Assembly: GCA_016180285.1 (NCBI GenBank)
Contig: JACPBO010000020.1
Coordinates: 1 to 41,952 of the forward strand
Direction of reading: 5' to 3'
From: Candidatus Woesearchaeota archaeon
GTDB lineage: Archaea > Nanobdellota > Nanobdellia > Woesearchaeales > JACPBO01
DNA: 41,952 bases
Part shown: piece after piece, positions 1 to 8,006 of the stretch
Layout of the letters: each line of letters starts with the position of its first letter
Position numbering within the stretch: position 1 is the first letter of the stretch
The notes under the pieces: generated by a model
Database searches by the model: none
What the model was told of the DNA's origin: nothing
What the model saw: the letters and a program-made list of their open reading frames with translations, nothing else
Made by a program: the position numbers and the translations under genes

Positions 1-5
1 TATAG

Positions 6-707
6 TTTGGGAAAGATTCGAGAACATACAATACTGTTCTGGTTGCGATATCAGAGGGAAAAACAAAATTAAATGAGATCTCGAGCTTATTTAATAATAA
101 AACAAATGAGTCGATAAAATATCTAGACATACTCCGAAGAGAATTTAACATGGTAAAAAAGATGACGCCTATAACTGAAAATCCCGCAAAGTCCAGAATA
201 GGGAAGTATGAAATAATTGATAATTTCCTGTCATTTTGGTTTTATTTTTATGATAAAAACAGATCTTATGCAGAGCAGGAAAGATTTGATGAAATTTTAA
301 GGTATTTTAATAATGAATTTAATGCTTTTGTTGGAAGAAAATTTGAAAAGTTAGTGATATCCTTGATTAAAGAGAAAAAGGTTCTGTCTGAAATAGATTT
401 TAGCCGTATAGGAAATCAGTGGGGAAAATCAGAGGCTGGAGCCTATGAAATAGACCTTGTTGCATTAAATGAGGCAAAGAAAGAAGTATTATTTGCCGAA
501 TGCAAATGGAAAGAAAAAGTAAATTCTCTGGAAGTTTTAAAAGAACTCGAAGAAAAAACAGGTTTTGTAGCTTGGAATAAAGAGAATAGAAAAGAGAGCT
601 TTGCCGTGTTTGCAAAATCATTCAGCAAGAAGACTTCGGAATTCAATGGAAGAAAAGTTTATTGCTTTGATTTAAGAGATATGGAGAAGCTTCTGAAAAA
701 GAAGTAA
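6..707 (+). CDS. Archaeal ATPase/DUF234-family protein, C-terminal part with PD-(D/E)xK domain (5' end outside window)
   Basis: Frame is open from 6 (FGKDSRTYNTVLVAISEG...). Contains DNFLSFWF, GRKFE and YEIDLVAL...AECKW, typical of the family. In-frame TAG at 3-5. Confidence 0.8.
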   Translation, partial: FGKDSRTYNTVLVAISEGKTKLNEISSLFNNKTNESIKYLDILRREFNMVKKMTPITENPAKSRIGKYEIIDNFLSFWFYFYDKNRSYAEQERFDEILRYFNNEFNAFVGRKFEKLVISLIKEKKVLSEIDFSRIGNQWGKSEAGAYEIDLVALNEAKKEVLFAECKWKEKVNSLEVLKELEEKTGFVAWNKENRKESFAVFAKSFSKKTSEFNGRKVYCFDLRDMEKLLKKK

Positions 708-773
708 AAAAGGTTTAGGGTTGATTATGCTGTTTAGTAGCTGCATTTTAATTCCTGATCGCTTTAAAGAACC

Positions 774-1196
774 CTATTTCTTCTGCTCTGCCTGCTCAGA
801 AACCTTTGGAAGCGGTATTGGCGGAGGCAGGTTGATCTCCTTGCTCAGGATCAAAGCTTCAATGTTGCATCTCAACAAGATGCTGTTCAGCACTTCTGCC
901 ATGATCTCCTTGGAAACATTCTTGCTCTTCTTCCATTCCTTGATGATTTCCTTCAGCTTTTTATCTTCATCAATATAGATGATCTCCCCGCTCAGCTCTA
1001 TCTTTCCTATGTCAGGATCAAACTTTGATTCAAACTTAAACGAGAATTTCAGGCCTTTTTCATCAGCCTTGCCAAATGCCAGGTCTGTTTCTTCAATATT
1101 GCTTATGTTTACGTTGTTTGATATGTTTATCTGCCCTACTGCAGGCTGCCTTCTCTCAACATCTATTTTTGTAAAATTAAATCCGACCATTGTCAT
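774..1196 (-). CDS. Conserved archaeal hypothetical protein, possibly SecB-like fold
   Basis: ORF with GGTGAT RBS before ATG 1196. Beta-rich N-terminal half, then a helix and a C-terminal LPPPIPLP. Confidence 0.7.
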   Translation of the reverse strand: MTMVGFNFTKIDVERRQPAVGQINISNNVNISNIEETDLAFGKADEKGLKFSFKFESKFDPDIGKIELSGEIIYIDEDKKLKEIIKEWKKSKNVSKEIMAEVLNSILLRCNIEALILSKEINLPPPIPLPKVSEQAEQKK

Positions 1197-1310
1197 AAAT
1201 ATCACCAATGCCTAAGATTTCAGGATGCTATATAAAACTTTCGGAATTGCGCCTCGAATCCTCTCCATCACTAAACTTGACTTGCATCAAAGATTTCATC
1301 GTTTACTTAT

Positions 1311-2567
1311 TTATTTTAAGCCCCCTTTTACCCACGTATTAACTAAAAAAGTCCATAATGGATGATTTGAACCTACTGTTCTTTTCATGATTCTGTGCCA
1401 AGAATAAGCTTGTTTATTTGCCCAGTCATAACCATTTTGTAATTCATCAGGTGACATGCTGGTTGGTTTAAAAACAACACTTCCAGTATTATATAATGAC
1501 CAGTCATTTGTCAGAAGCCTATTTTGTTGCTTCATTCTTTCGTAAAGGTTTGTTCCGGGATAAGGCGTAAGTATGTGAAAGTTAGGAGAATCAATTTCTG
1601 CATCATTAATAAACTCTAAAGTTTCTTCAAAAATTGTTTTCTTATCATTATCAAACCCAAAAATAAATCCTGATTCGATTGCAATTCCATAATCATGAAT
1701 TTTTTTTATTTGTTCCCTGTATTTTTTAATCCTATTCCCCTTTTTATTGGCTTCCTTTAAGCTCTCTTCAGATACAGACTCTACTCCAACATATAACCCA
1801 ATACAACCAGACTTGGAAGCCAACTCTAATAATTTGTCATTATCAGCGATGTAGATGGGTGATTGACTTAACCACTTTTTTCCCAATCCAGTCATTCTTT
1901 CAAACAACTTTTTCGCATAATTAATGTCACCTATCAAATTATCATCAACAAAGAACAGATAATTTCCTTTTGTTGACATAATATCTTCAATCACCGAATC
2001 AATGGAAAATCTTTGAAACTTTCCATCATTGATAATAGGAACAGAGCAATAATTGCACCTATTTGGGCAACCTCTAGATGTTTCAACACTTTCAAAAACA
2101 AACAAGGATTTATTGCCCAGTACAGTTCTTTTTGGAAGAACTCGTTCTGAAGGGGCATTTCCAATATATTCTGATTTTAGTTCACTTCTTTTAAAATCCT
2201 CTAATAATTCTTTCCATGCAATTTCACCTTGACCCCTTACTATCGAATTAGCATATAATTTTGATTCTTCAGGCAAGACTGAAGGATGGATGCCTCCCCA
2301 TACGACTTTTATACCTTTGCTTCTATATTTAGCTGATATTTCTTTTGCTCTCTTAAAAGCGGAAGTTAAAACAGTAATTCCAACTAAATCAACAGGTCTT
2401 CTGAAATCTACCTCTTCAACATTTTCTTCATATATTGCTAAATCGACATCTTTAGGAGTATATGAAGCCAACACTGGGAAAGTGGCTCTGTAAAAAGTCC
2501 CAATCTTTTTTACCCAACTGTTTACCTTAGTTCCTTCTGATCTCGGATTAATTAAAGCAACTCTCAT
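1311..2567 (-). CDS. B12-binding domain radical SAM protein
   Basis: N-terminal cobalamin-binding-like region (GGIHPS), then SRGCPNRCNYC, FVDDN, GVES and TPYPGT. Confidence 0.9.
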   Translation of the reverse strand: MRVALINPRSEGTKVNSWVKKIGTFYRATFPVLASYTPKDVDLAIYEENVEEVDFRRPVDLVGITVLTSAFKRAKEISAKYRSKGIKVVWGGIHPSVLPEESKLYANSIVRGQGEIAWKELLEDFKRSELKSEYIGNAPSERVLPKRTVLGNKSLFVFESVETSRGCPNRCNYCSVPIINDGKFQRFSIDSVIEDIMSTKGNYLFFVDDNLIGDINYAKKLFERMTGLGKKWLSQSPIYIADNDKLLELASKSGCIGLYVGVESVSEESLKEANKKGNRIKKYREQIKKIHDYGIAIESGFIFGFDNDKKTIFEETLEFINDAEIDSPNFHILTPYPGTNLYERMKQQNRLLTNDWSLYNTGSVVFKPTSMSPDELQNGYDWANKQAYSWHRIMKRTVGSNHPLWTFLVNTWVKGGLK

Positions 2568-2589
2568 TAAGAAAGTAAAGCATTACACA

Positions 2590-2624
2590 TATATAAACCT
2601 TTTTTTCAGTTAATTTTATAAATA
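2590..2624. promoter_or_regulatory. Divergent archaeal TATA boxes
   Basis: TTTATATA on the minus strand (~2590-2597) lies about 30 nt from ATG 2567. TTTATAAATA (2615-2624) lies 30 nt from ATG 2645. Confidence 0.6.
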
Positions 2625-2644
2625 ACTCTATTTTCCCATACTGC

Positions 2645-2683
2645 ATGGCATTGTTCGATACAGTAAGGAAATCCGGATCATAG
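2645..2683 (+). CDS. Putative leaderless uORF / leader peptide MALFDTVRKSGS
   Basis: ATG lies 30 nt after the TATA box, the same spacing as leaderless genes here. It is followed by T-rich tracts and then the DHS gene with its own GGAGG RBS. Confidence 0.45.
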   Translation: MALFDTVRKSGS

Positions 2684-2745
2684 TCCTTTTCTTAGTTATA
2701 TTTTCATTATTTTAGTTCATTAAACATCTTAATTTGGAGGCCAAT

Positions 2746-3711
2746 ATGGAGTCTATAAAGGATCTTATCTGGAAAAAAGGATTAACAGCAAAAGATTTTG
2801 TGGATAAAATAGGGAAAGTGGGGTTTCAGAGCATTGAATTAGGCAAAGCTTCAGATCTTATAGTTAAGATGAAGAAGGATAGCGCAAAGATATTCTTCAC
2901 TTTCACATCAAACATGGTTACATCCGGGTTAAGGGGATTCTTTGCTCAGTTAATCAAATTAAAAATGGCAGACATTATAGTAACCACAGTCGGCAGCGTT
3001 GAAGAAGATATTATGAAAGCATTGGGTGAGAAATTCCTTATCAGCACTTTTGACTCTGATGATGTTGAGCTGCATGAAAAAGGAATGAACAGGGTGGGCA
3101 ATCTGCTTGTTTCAAATGAAAGCTACTGTAAATTTGAAGATGCAATAATGCCGATTTTGGATCAGCTTTACAAAAAGAAGCCAAGGTATGCTGTATCAGA
3201 GCTTTTAAGAGAAATTGGCTTGCTGTTGAATGATGAGAATTCAATACTCTGTCAGGCTGCAAAAAACAATGCGCCGATATTCTGCCCTGCAATAACAGAC
3301 GGCGCATTTGGCTTTCATTTATACTTATTCCAGCAGAAGCATAAAGACTTTATAGTTGATGTTGTGGAAGACTTCAAAAACATACTATTGAGCACAACCC
3401 ATGATGAAAAGAAAGGCCTCATCTGCCTGGGCGGAGGAATTTCAAAGCATCATGCAATTTTGTCTGTTTTATTGAACGGCGGTGCAGAATATGCATTATA
3501 CATGACAACTGCAAGAGAAAGCTCTGGCAGCATGAGCGGAGCAACAACAAGGGAAGCAAAAAGCTGGGGAAAGATCAAAGACGATTCTGATGCTGTAACT
3601 GTTATTGGAGATGTCAGCATAAACTTTCCGTTGGCAATGATTGCAGCATTGGAAACTTTAACTGAGGAGGGTATCCTCACTTCGTTCGGAGACCCCTCTG
3701 GGGCTTTATAA
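2746..3711 (+). CDS. dys: Deoxyhypusine synthase (DHS family)
   Basis: Motifs TSNMVTSGLR, NRVGN, PAITDG, GGGISKHH, GSMSGA and EAKSWGK (catalytic Lys). GGAGG RBS before ATG 2746. Confidence 0.93.
   Translation: MESIKDLIWKKGLTAKDFVDKIGKVGFQSIELGKASDLIVKMKKDSAKIFFTFTSNMVTSGLRGFFAQLIKLKMADIIVTTVGSVEEDIMKALGEKFLISTFDSDDVELHEKGMNRVGNLLVSNESYCKFEDAIMPILDQLYKKKPRYAVSELLREIGLLLNDENSILCQAAKNNAPIFCPAITDGAFGFHLYLFQQKHKDFIVDVVEDFKNILLSTTHDEKKGLICLGGGISKHHAILSVLLNGGAEYALYMTTARESSGSMSGATTREAKSWGKIKDDSDAVTVIGDVSINFPLAMIAALETLTEEGILTSFGDPSGAL
3664..3698. repeat. Small REP-like palindrome inside the DHS 3' end
   Basis: GAGGGT-A-TCC...CACTTCGTTC...GGA-G-ACCCCTC forms an imperfect hairpin that is GC-rich relative to its surroundings. 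Confidence 0.35.
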
Positions 3712-3714
3712 AAC

Positions 3715-4743
3715 ATGAATAAGGCAAGATTTGTATTAAGCAGGTCAAAAGTAATCGAGCAGCACAATAAATTAAAAGCCCTTGATGCAGATATTTCCTA
3801 CAGCTTCAAAACAAATGAAGAAGTAGGAAAAGTGCTGGAAGAAGAAACAGGCTGCCTGTTCAGCATTCATTTTGAGAATGACCTGCCTTTCCTGAAAGAC
3901 AGAAGCAGGGTTATATTTTTAGCTCAGGGCTTGAATGAAGAGCAATTAAACAGGCTTTTTGATTTAGGAATCAATAAATTTGTGGTTGATAATTTAGTTG
4001 ATTTAAATACTCTACTGCATTATATAAAAAAAAGCAATAAAAAAATCCTCTTATTGCTTAGAATGAAACTTAAAGAGAATACAATCCATACAGGCAAATA
4101 CTTTGTTTTCGGCATGGAATCAAAAATAATAAATGAAAAAATCATCGAGTTAAAAAACAATAAAAATATAGAAAATCTCGGAGTTCATGTCCACAGAAAA
4201 ACCCAGAATGTAAGCGAATGGTCTTTGAAGTATGAGTTGAGCGAAGCATTAAATGAAGAAACCTTGAAATTGCTTGATATCGTGTGCATCGGAGGAGGAA
4301 TTCCGGGAAATTACAGGAATGTAAGCGATAAAAGCATTGAATATGTATTTAATAAGATTGCTGAAGTCAAGGAATGGCTAAGCTCTTACAGCATAAAAAC
4401 CCTTATTGAGCCGGGAAGGTTTCTTGCATCATACCCTGTAACTTTGGAAACTGAGATAATAAACATTGTCGGCAATACGGTCATTGTAAACTGCTCTGTT
4501 TATAACAGCGCAATGGACACAATCATTGTTCCGATCAAGCTGCTTGTAAAGGGCGAATTAGAAAGCGGGGAAGCATACACTATAAAGGGCTACACTCCCT
4601 GCTCATTGGATATTTTCAGGTACAAGGTTTTCCTGAAAAACCCGAAGATCGGAGACAAAATGATATTTCTTAATGCTGGAGCGTATAACTTCTCAACAGA
4701 TTTCTGCAATCTGGAAAAACTGGAGACTGTGGTTGTAGATTAA
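3715..4743 (+). CDS. PLP-dependent group IV decarboxylase (ornithine/diaminopimelate/carboxyspermidine family)
   Basis: SYSFKTN (PLP lysine), HVH, GGG, EPGR, PCSLD and AGAY motifs. Confidence 0.88.
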   Translation: MNKARFVLSRSKVIEQHNKLKALDADISYSFKTNEEVGKVLEEETGCLFSIHFENDLPFLKDRSRVIFLAQGLNEEQLNRLFDLGINKFVVDNLVDLNTLLHYIKKSNKKILLLLRMKLKENTIHTGKYFVFGMESKIINEKIIELKNNKNIENLGVHVHRKTQNVSEWSLKYELSEALNEETLKLLDIVCIGGGIPGNYRNVSDKSIEYVFNKIAEVKEWLSSYSIKTLIEPGRFLASYPVTLETEIINIVGNTVIVNCSVYNSAMDTIIVPIKLLVKGELESGEAYTIKGYTPCSLDIFRYKVFLKNPKIGDKMIFLNAGAYNFSTDFCNLEKLETVVVD

Positions 4744-4763
4744 AAATTGGTAATTATATGATT

Positions 4764-5414
4764 TTATTTTTTTGAGTGATTTAAAATGCGCTTAATTGTA
4801 ATTTGAAGATCTATTGGTGAAGGAAAAGAAGAATTAATGAACTTTTTATTAATCTGATCTGATTCAAAGATGACATCATAATAGCATATCCCACAAACAG
4901 GCCCCATAAATTCTTGAGTTTCATTTGAATAAAAATTTATCAAGAATTCAAGACCTTTTTCAATAATATTTATATCTGCTGAACAATTCTTTTTTTTAAA
5001 TGATTCGATAGTCTGTTTATTAGCAAATTTAACTTCAAATTTCGATTCTTTTTGGATCGGCGGGGTTTCATAAAATTCATAATATTTTTTACCACCACTA
5101 TCGTTCATGTAACATGTAGAAATGCTAACAACTCCATTAGTGATTCTTGTATCGCCAGTATTCTCCACAATTAAAGGGATGTAAGATTTTTCACCAATTA
5201 CATTCAAATAAGGATCAATATATACATCAACATCGACTTTTTTATGTACATTTGTTAAAGCCATTCCTACATAAAAAGCGGCGATAATACTGAACAACCA
5301 AAATATCACTATAACTATAATAGTGTAAATTAACCTTTTTCTTGATGGTGTTTTTGTACCTGTAATTTGTCTTTTTGCTTCATCTACAATATTTTTAGGA
5401 TCTGCTCTTGCCAT
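4764..5414 (-). CDS. Hypothetical membrane-anchored protein
   Basis: 216-aa ORF with one N-terminal TM helix followed by a beta-rich, Cys-containing domain. AT-rich. Confidence 0.65.
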   Translation of the reverse strand: MARADPKNIVDEAKRQITGTKTPSRKRLIYTIIVIVIFWLFSIIAAFYVGMALTNVHKKVDVDVYIDPYLNVIGEKSYIPLIVENTGDTRITNGVVSISTCYMNDSGGKKYYEFYETPPIQKESKFEVKFANKQTIESFKKKNCSADINIIEKGLEFLINFYSNETQEFMGPVCGICYYDVIFESDQINKKFINSSFPSPIDLQITIKRILNHSKK

Positions 5415-5518
5415 ATTGACAATAGAATAAATAACTCAGATTTAAAGCTTATTGTAATTTTTAAAAATTGATTCAACAATAACATAAATTTTAAATACTT
5501 GTTTATCAATATTATATT

Positions 5519-5755
5519 ATGCAAAAAAGAGACTATCTTATGATCGCAGTTATTTTGCTTGCCATTATCCTAGTTTCTTCCTTCTTATTTAATTATGCAA
5601 GATCCAACATAGGAAGGGCATTTCTCGGCAATCCGCAGGGGTTTGCCTCAAATGCATCGACAATTGCAATGGTCGGTATAATTGCAGTATTTTTCGTAAT
5701 ATTCATTGCTGCATTGATTTTCACATCAAAACCAAAAGCAAACAACAAAATATAA
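5519..5755 (+). CDS. Small two-TM membrane protein
   Basis: Two hydrophobic helices. TATA (TTTAAAT) about 30 nt upstream. Confidence 0.65.
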   Translation: MQKRDYLMIAVILLAIILVSSFLFNYARSNIGRAFLGNPQGFASNASTIAMVGIIAVFFVIFIAALIFTSKPKANNKI

Positions 5756-5781
5756 AAACAAAACTTCTTTTTCATCCTTTT

Positions 5782-6576
5782 ATGATATTAGTTGACGTGC
5801 ATGCGCATCTTGACCACCATAAGTTTGGAAACAATCTGGACAATGTTATAGAGAACTCCAGAAAAGCAGGAGTCAAGGCAATAATCACATCAGGCATAAA
5901 CAAAAAAACCAACAGATTGATATTGGAAATAGCACAAAAATACCCGGATATTGTAAAATGCTCTTTCGGCCTGTATCCGATAGATGCTTTAGACAAAGAG
6001 ATCGAGGCAGACCCGAAAACATTTGTCAGGGATATTGGGCCGCTAAATGTTGACGAAGAGCTTGAATGGATTGAAAGGAACAAGGGCAAATGCATTGCAG
6101 TCGGCGAATGCGGCCTTGATTTCCACTGGGTTCGGGGAAGGGATGAAGAGCAGAAAAAGGTTTTCCGGAAAATAATTGCAGCAGTTGAAAAAATAAAAAA
6201 GCCGATAATTGTCCACTCAAGAAAAGCAGAGCTTGAAGCCATTGAAATGCTGGAAAGCTCTAAAATAAAGCACATTATAATGCACTGCTTCTCAGGCAAC
6301 AAAAAGCTGATTAAAAGGGCCGCTGACAACGGCTGGAGCTTCTCCATTCCCCCTGTTATTGTAAGATTGCAGCATTTCCAATTATTGACAGAAATGGTCA
6401 ACATTAACCAGCTATTGACAGAGACTGACGCCCCTTATCTCTCGCCTTATCCGGACAAGATGAATGAGCCCGCTTTTGTGGTCGAAACAATAAAGAAGAT
6501 CGCCGGGATCAAGGGCTTTGATATCGAAGAAACAGCGAACAGCATTTATTTAAACTACAAGAGGATATTTGAATAA
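5782..6576 (+). CDS. tatD: TatD-family hydrolase/DNase
   Basis: DVHAHL, GECGLD, IVHSR, HCFSG and ETDAPYL motifs. Confidence 0.95.
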   Translation: MILVDVHAHLDHHKFGNNLDNVIENSRKAGVKAIITSGINKKTNRLILEIAQKYPDIVKCSFGLYPIDALDKEIEADPKTFVRDIGPLNVDEELEWIERNKGKCIAVGECGLDFHWVRGRDEEQKKVFRKIIAAVEKIKKPIIVHSRKAELEAIEMLESSKIKHIIMHCFSGNKKLIKRAADNGWSFSIPPVIVRLQHFQLLTEMVNINQLLTETDAPYLSPYPDKMNEPAFVVETIKKIAGIKGFDIEETANSIYLNYKRIFE

Positions 6577-6608
6577 GTGTAACAGTGCAGCAACCGAATG
6601 TATGCTGT

Positions 6609-6716
6609 GCAACAACACTGGTGGTCGGCGAGGTGGGGGTTGTCCCTTACGGGGTGCCGAGTAGGGCAAAATTTCATTAGAAATTTTGACCGTCGACCCA
6701 CCAGTAGTGTTGTTGC
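6609..6716. other. GC-rich branched hairpin element (candidate ncRNA or non-autonomous palindromic element)
   Basis: 6609-6630 pairs with 6691-6716 (two bulges). Inner hairpins are CCC-TTAC-GGG and the perfect 9-bp CAAAATTTC/GAAATTTTG (6667-6688). Confidence 0.6.
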
Positions 6717-6743
6717 TGAATGATTAGATAAAAATAAACCTTT

Positions 6744-6816
6744 GGGCTCATGGTCTAGCAGCTATGACGTCGCTCTCACTAAGCGGAGATCGGGAGTGCA
6801 AGTCTCCCTGGGCCCA
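6744..6816 (+). tRNA. tRNA-Val (anticodon CAC)
   Basis: Cloverleaf: acceptor GGGCTCA/TGGGCCC, anticodon arm TCGCT-CTCACTA-AGCGG, T arm GGGAG-TGCAAGT-CTCCC, discriminator A. No encoded CCA. Confidence 0.92.
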
Positions 6817-6883
6817 TTATGATCCAAAGAATAGAAAGATTGATTATCTGTAATAAATAAAATTAAAATTTTTATAATTTTAG

Positions 6884-6970
6884 TTACCAATAACCAAAAA
6901 ATCGAAACATTTATATAGATCTTATAATTACCAGTAATCAATAAAATAATAAATTGATAATTATTGGTTA
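6884..6970 (+). promoter_or_regulatory. TATA box flanked by repeated TTACCA(A/G)TAA operator-like sites
   Basis: TTACCAATAA 6884-6893, TATA 6910-6917, TTACCAGTAA 6928-6937, and an inverted TTATTGGTTA 6961-6970. Confidence 0.45.
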
Positions 6971-6981
6971 CAGGTGAGCAT

Positions 6982-7359
6982 ATGAGCTTAGCATCTAAAA
7001 AATATTACGAGATAGCAAAACAAGTTGAAGAGGAAATGAACCTTGCTATAAATGAGCAAGAAAAGAAAGAGCTTAGAAAGGTAGCTGCCCAAAACTACTT
7101 TTATTCCGGAGTAGAAGCCATAGAGCATATCCTGAAAAAATCAGGACTCTCTATTTATTCTATAACAAACCACAAAGAGCGCCTTGACATAATAAAGAAG
7201 TACAGCAGACAATTTAAAGATCCTGCCGCCATAGCATTAAAATATGAAATTTTGATAAATTATGATTATAGAAGAAAGGTGGCGTATAAGGGAGAAAACG
7301 GAAATAAATTCGTCCTTATAAGAGAGTTTGCAGATGCCTGCAAGAGGGAACTTGAATGA
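6982..7359 (+). CDS. HEPN-like protein (putative toxin)
   Basis: All-helical with AAQNYFYSGVEAIEHIL, NHKER and R..VAY patterns. GGTGA RBS; ATGA-coupled to an MNT. Confidence 0.7.
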   Translation: MSLASKKYYEIAKQVEEEMNLAINEQEKKELRKVAAQNYFYSGVEAIEHILKKSGLSIYSITNHKERLDIIKKYSRQFKDPAAIALKYEILINYDYRRKVAYKGENGNKFVLIREFADACKRELE

Positions 7360-8006
7360 ATTATGCTGAAAAAAAGCTGAAGAGGGTAAGCAATCTAGAA
7401 ACAGTAAAAAAACAATCTGAAGAAATTCTTAATGACATAAAAAAGGAACTGGTTAAAATGGAAAAGATAAACGCCATTGTGCTCTTTGGCTCATTTGCCC
7501 GCGGCGATTATTCTGAAAGGCACTCCGATTTGGATATAATGATTTTTTTAGATGACACAGAAAAAAACACTGCTCTTGAAGAGCGGATTTTAAAAAAAAT
7601 CATACAAATAAACCAATCAAAACGAATCTCCATTCATACGGTTTTTCAATATAAAAAACTAAGCGAAGAGGATGCCAGCTTAATGCTTACAATAGCAGAA
7701 GAGGGCAGAACATTGTTTGCTAAAAAATCAATAGTCATAAGCAAGGATATCCTGGGCTTGAAAAGCCATCATTTGGTGATATTTGATACAGCAAATACAG
7801 ATCAAATAAAGAAAAACAAGCTTCAAAGATTCCTTCATGGCTATAGTGTAAAAGGCAAAAAGTACAGGGGAATTATAGATGGCGATAAAGTAATTGGCGC
7901 TGGAAAGGGCGCGATAATAGTTCCACAAGAGCTTCTCAACAAAGTGCTTCTTTTTGCAGATTATATAGATGTGAAGGCAAGACAGGGCGGTAAATTCTAT
8001 AAATGA
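7356..8006 (+). CDS. Minimal nucleotidyltransferase (MNT) with an extra C-terminal domain
   Basis: LFGSFARGDYSERHSDLDI Pol-beta motif, plus a ~80-aa C-terminal alpha/beta domain. Confidence 0.85.
   Translation: MNYAEKKLKRVSNLETVKKQSEEILNDIKKELVKMEKINAIVLFGSFARGDYSERHSDLDIMIFLDDTEKNTALEERILKKIIQINQSKRISIHTVFQYKKLSEEDASLMLTIAEEGRTLFAKKSIVISKDILGLKSHHLVIFDTANTDQIKKNKLQRFLHGYSVKGKKYRGIIDGDKVIGAGKGAIIVPQELLNKVLLFADYIDVKARQGGKFYK

Noticed and set aside
5782..6576. TatD as the QatD component of the QueC operon
   Set aside because: It lies more than 5 kb away among core-type genes with backbone composition and looks like the housekeeping TatD.
6600..6720. 5S rRNA, SRP RNA or RNase P RNA
   Set aside because: No signature motifs of these RNAs were recognised on either strand.
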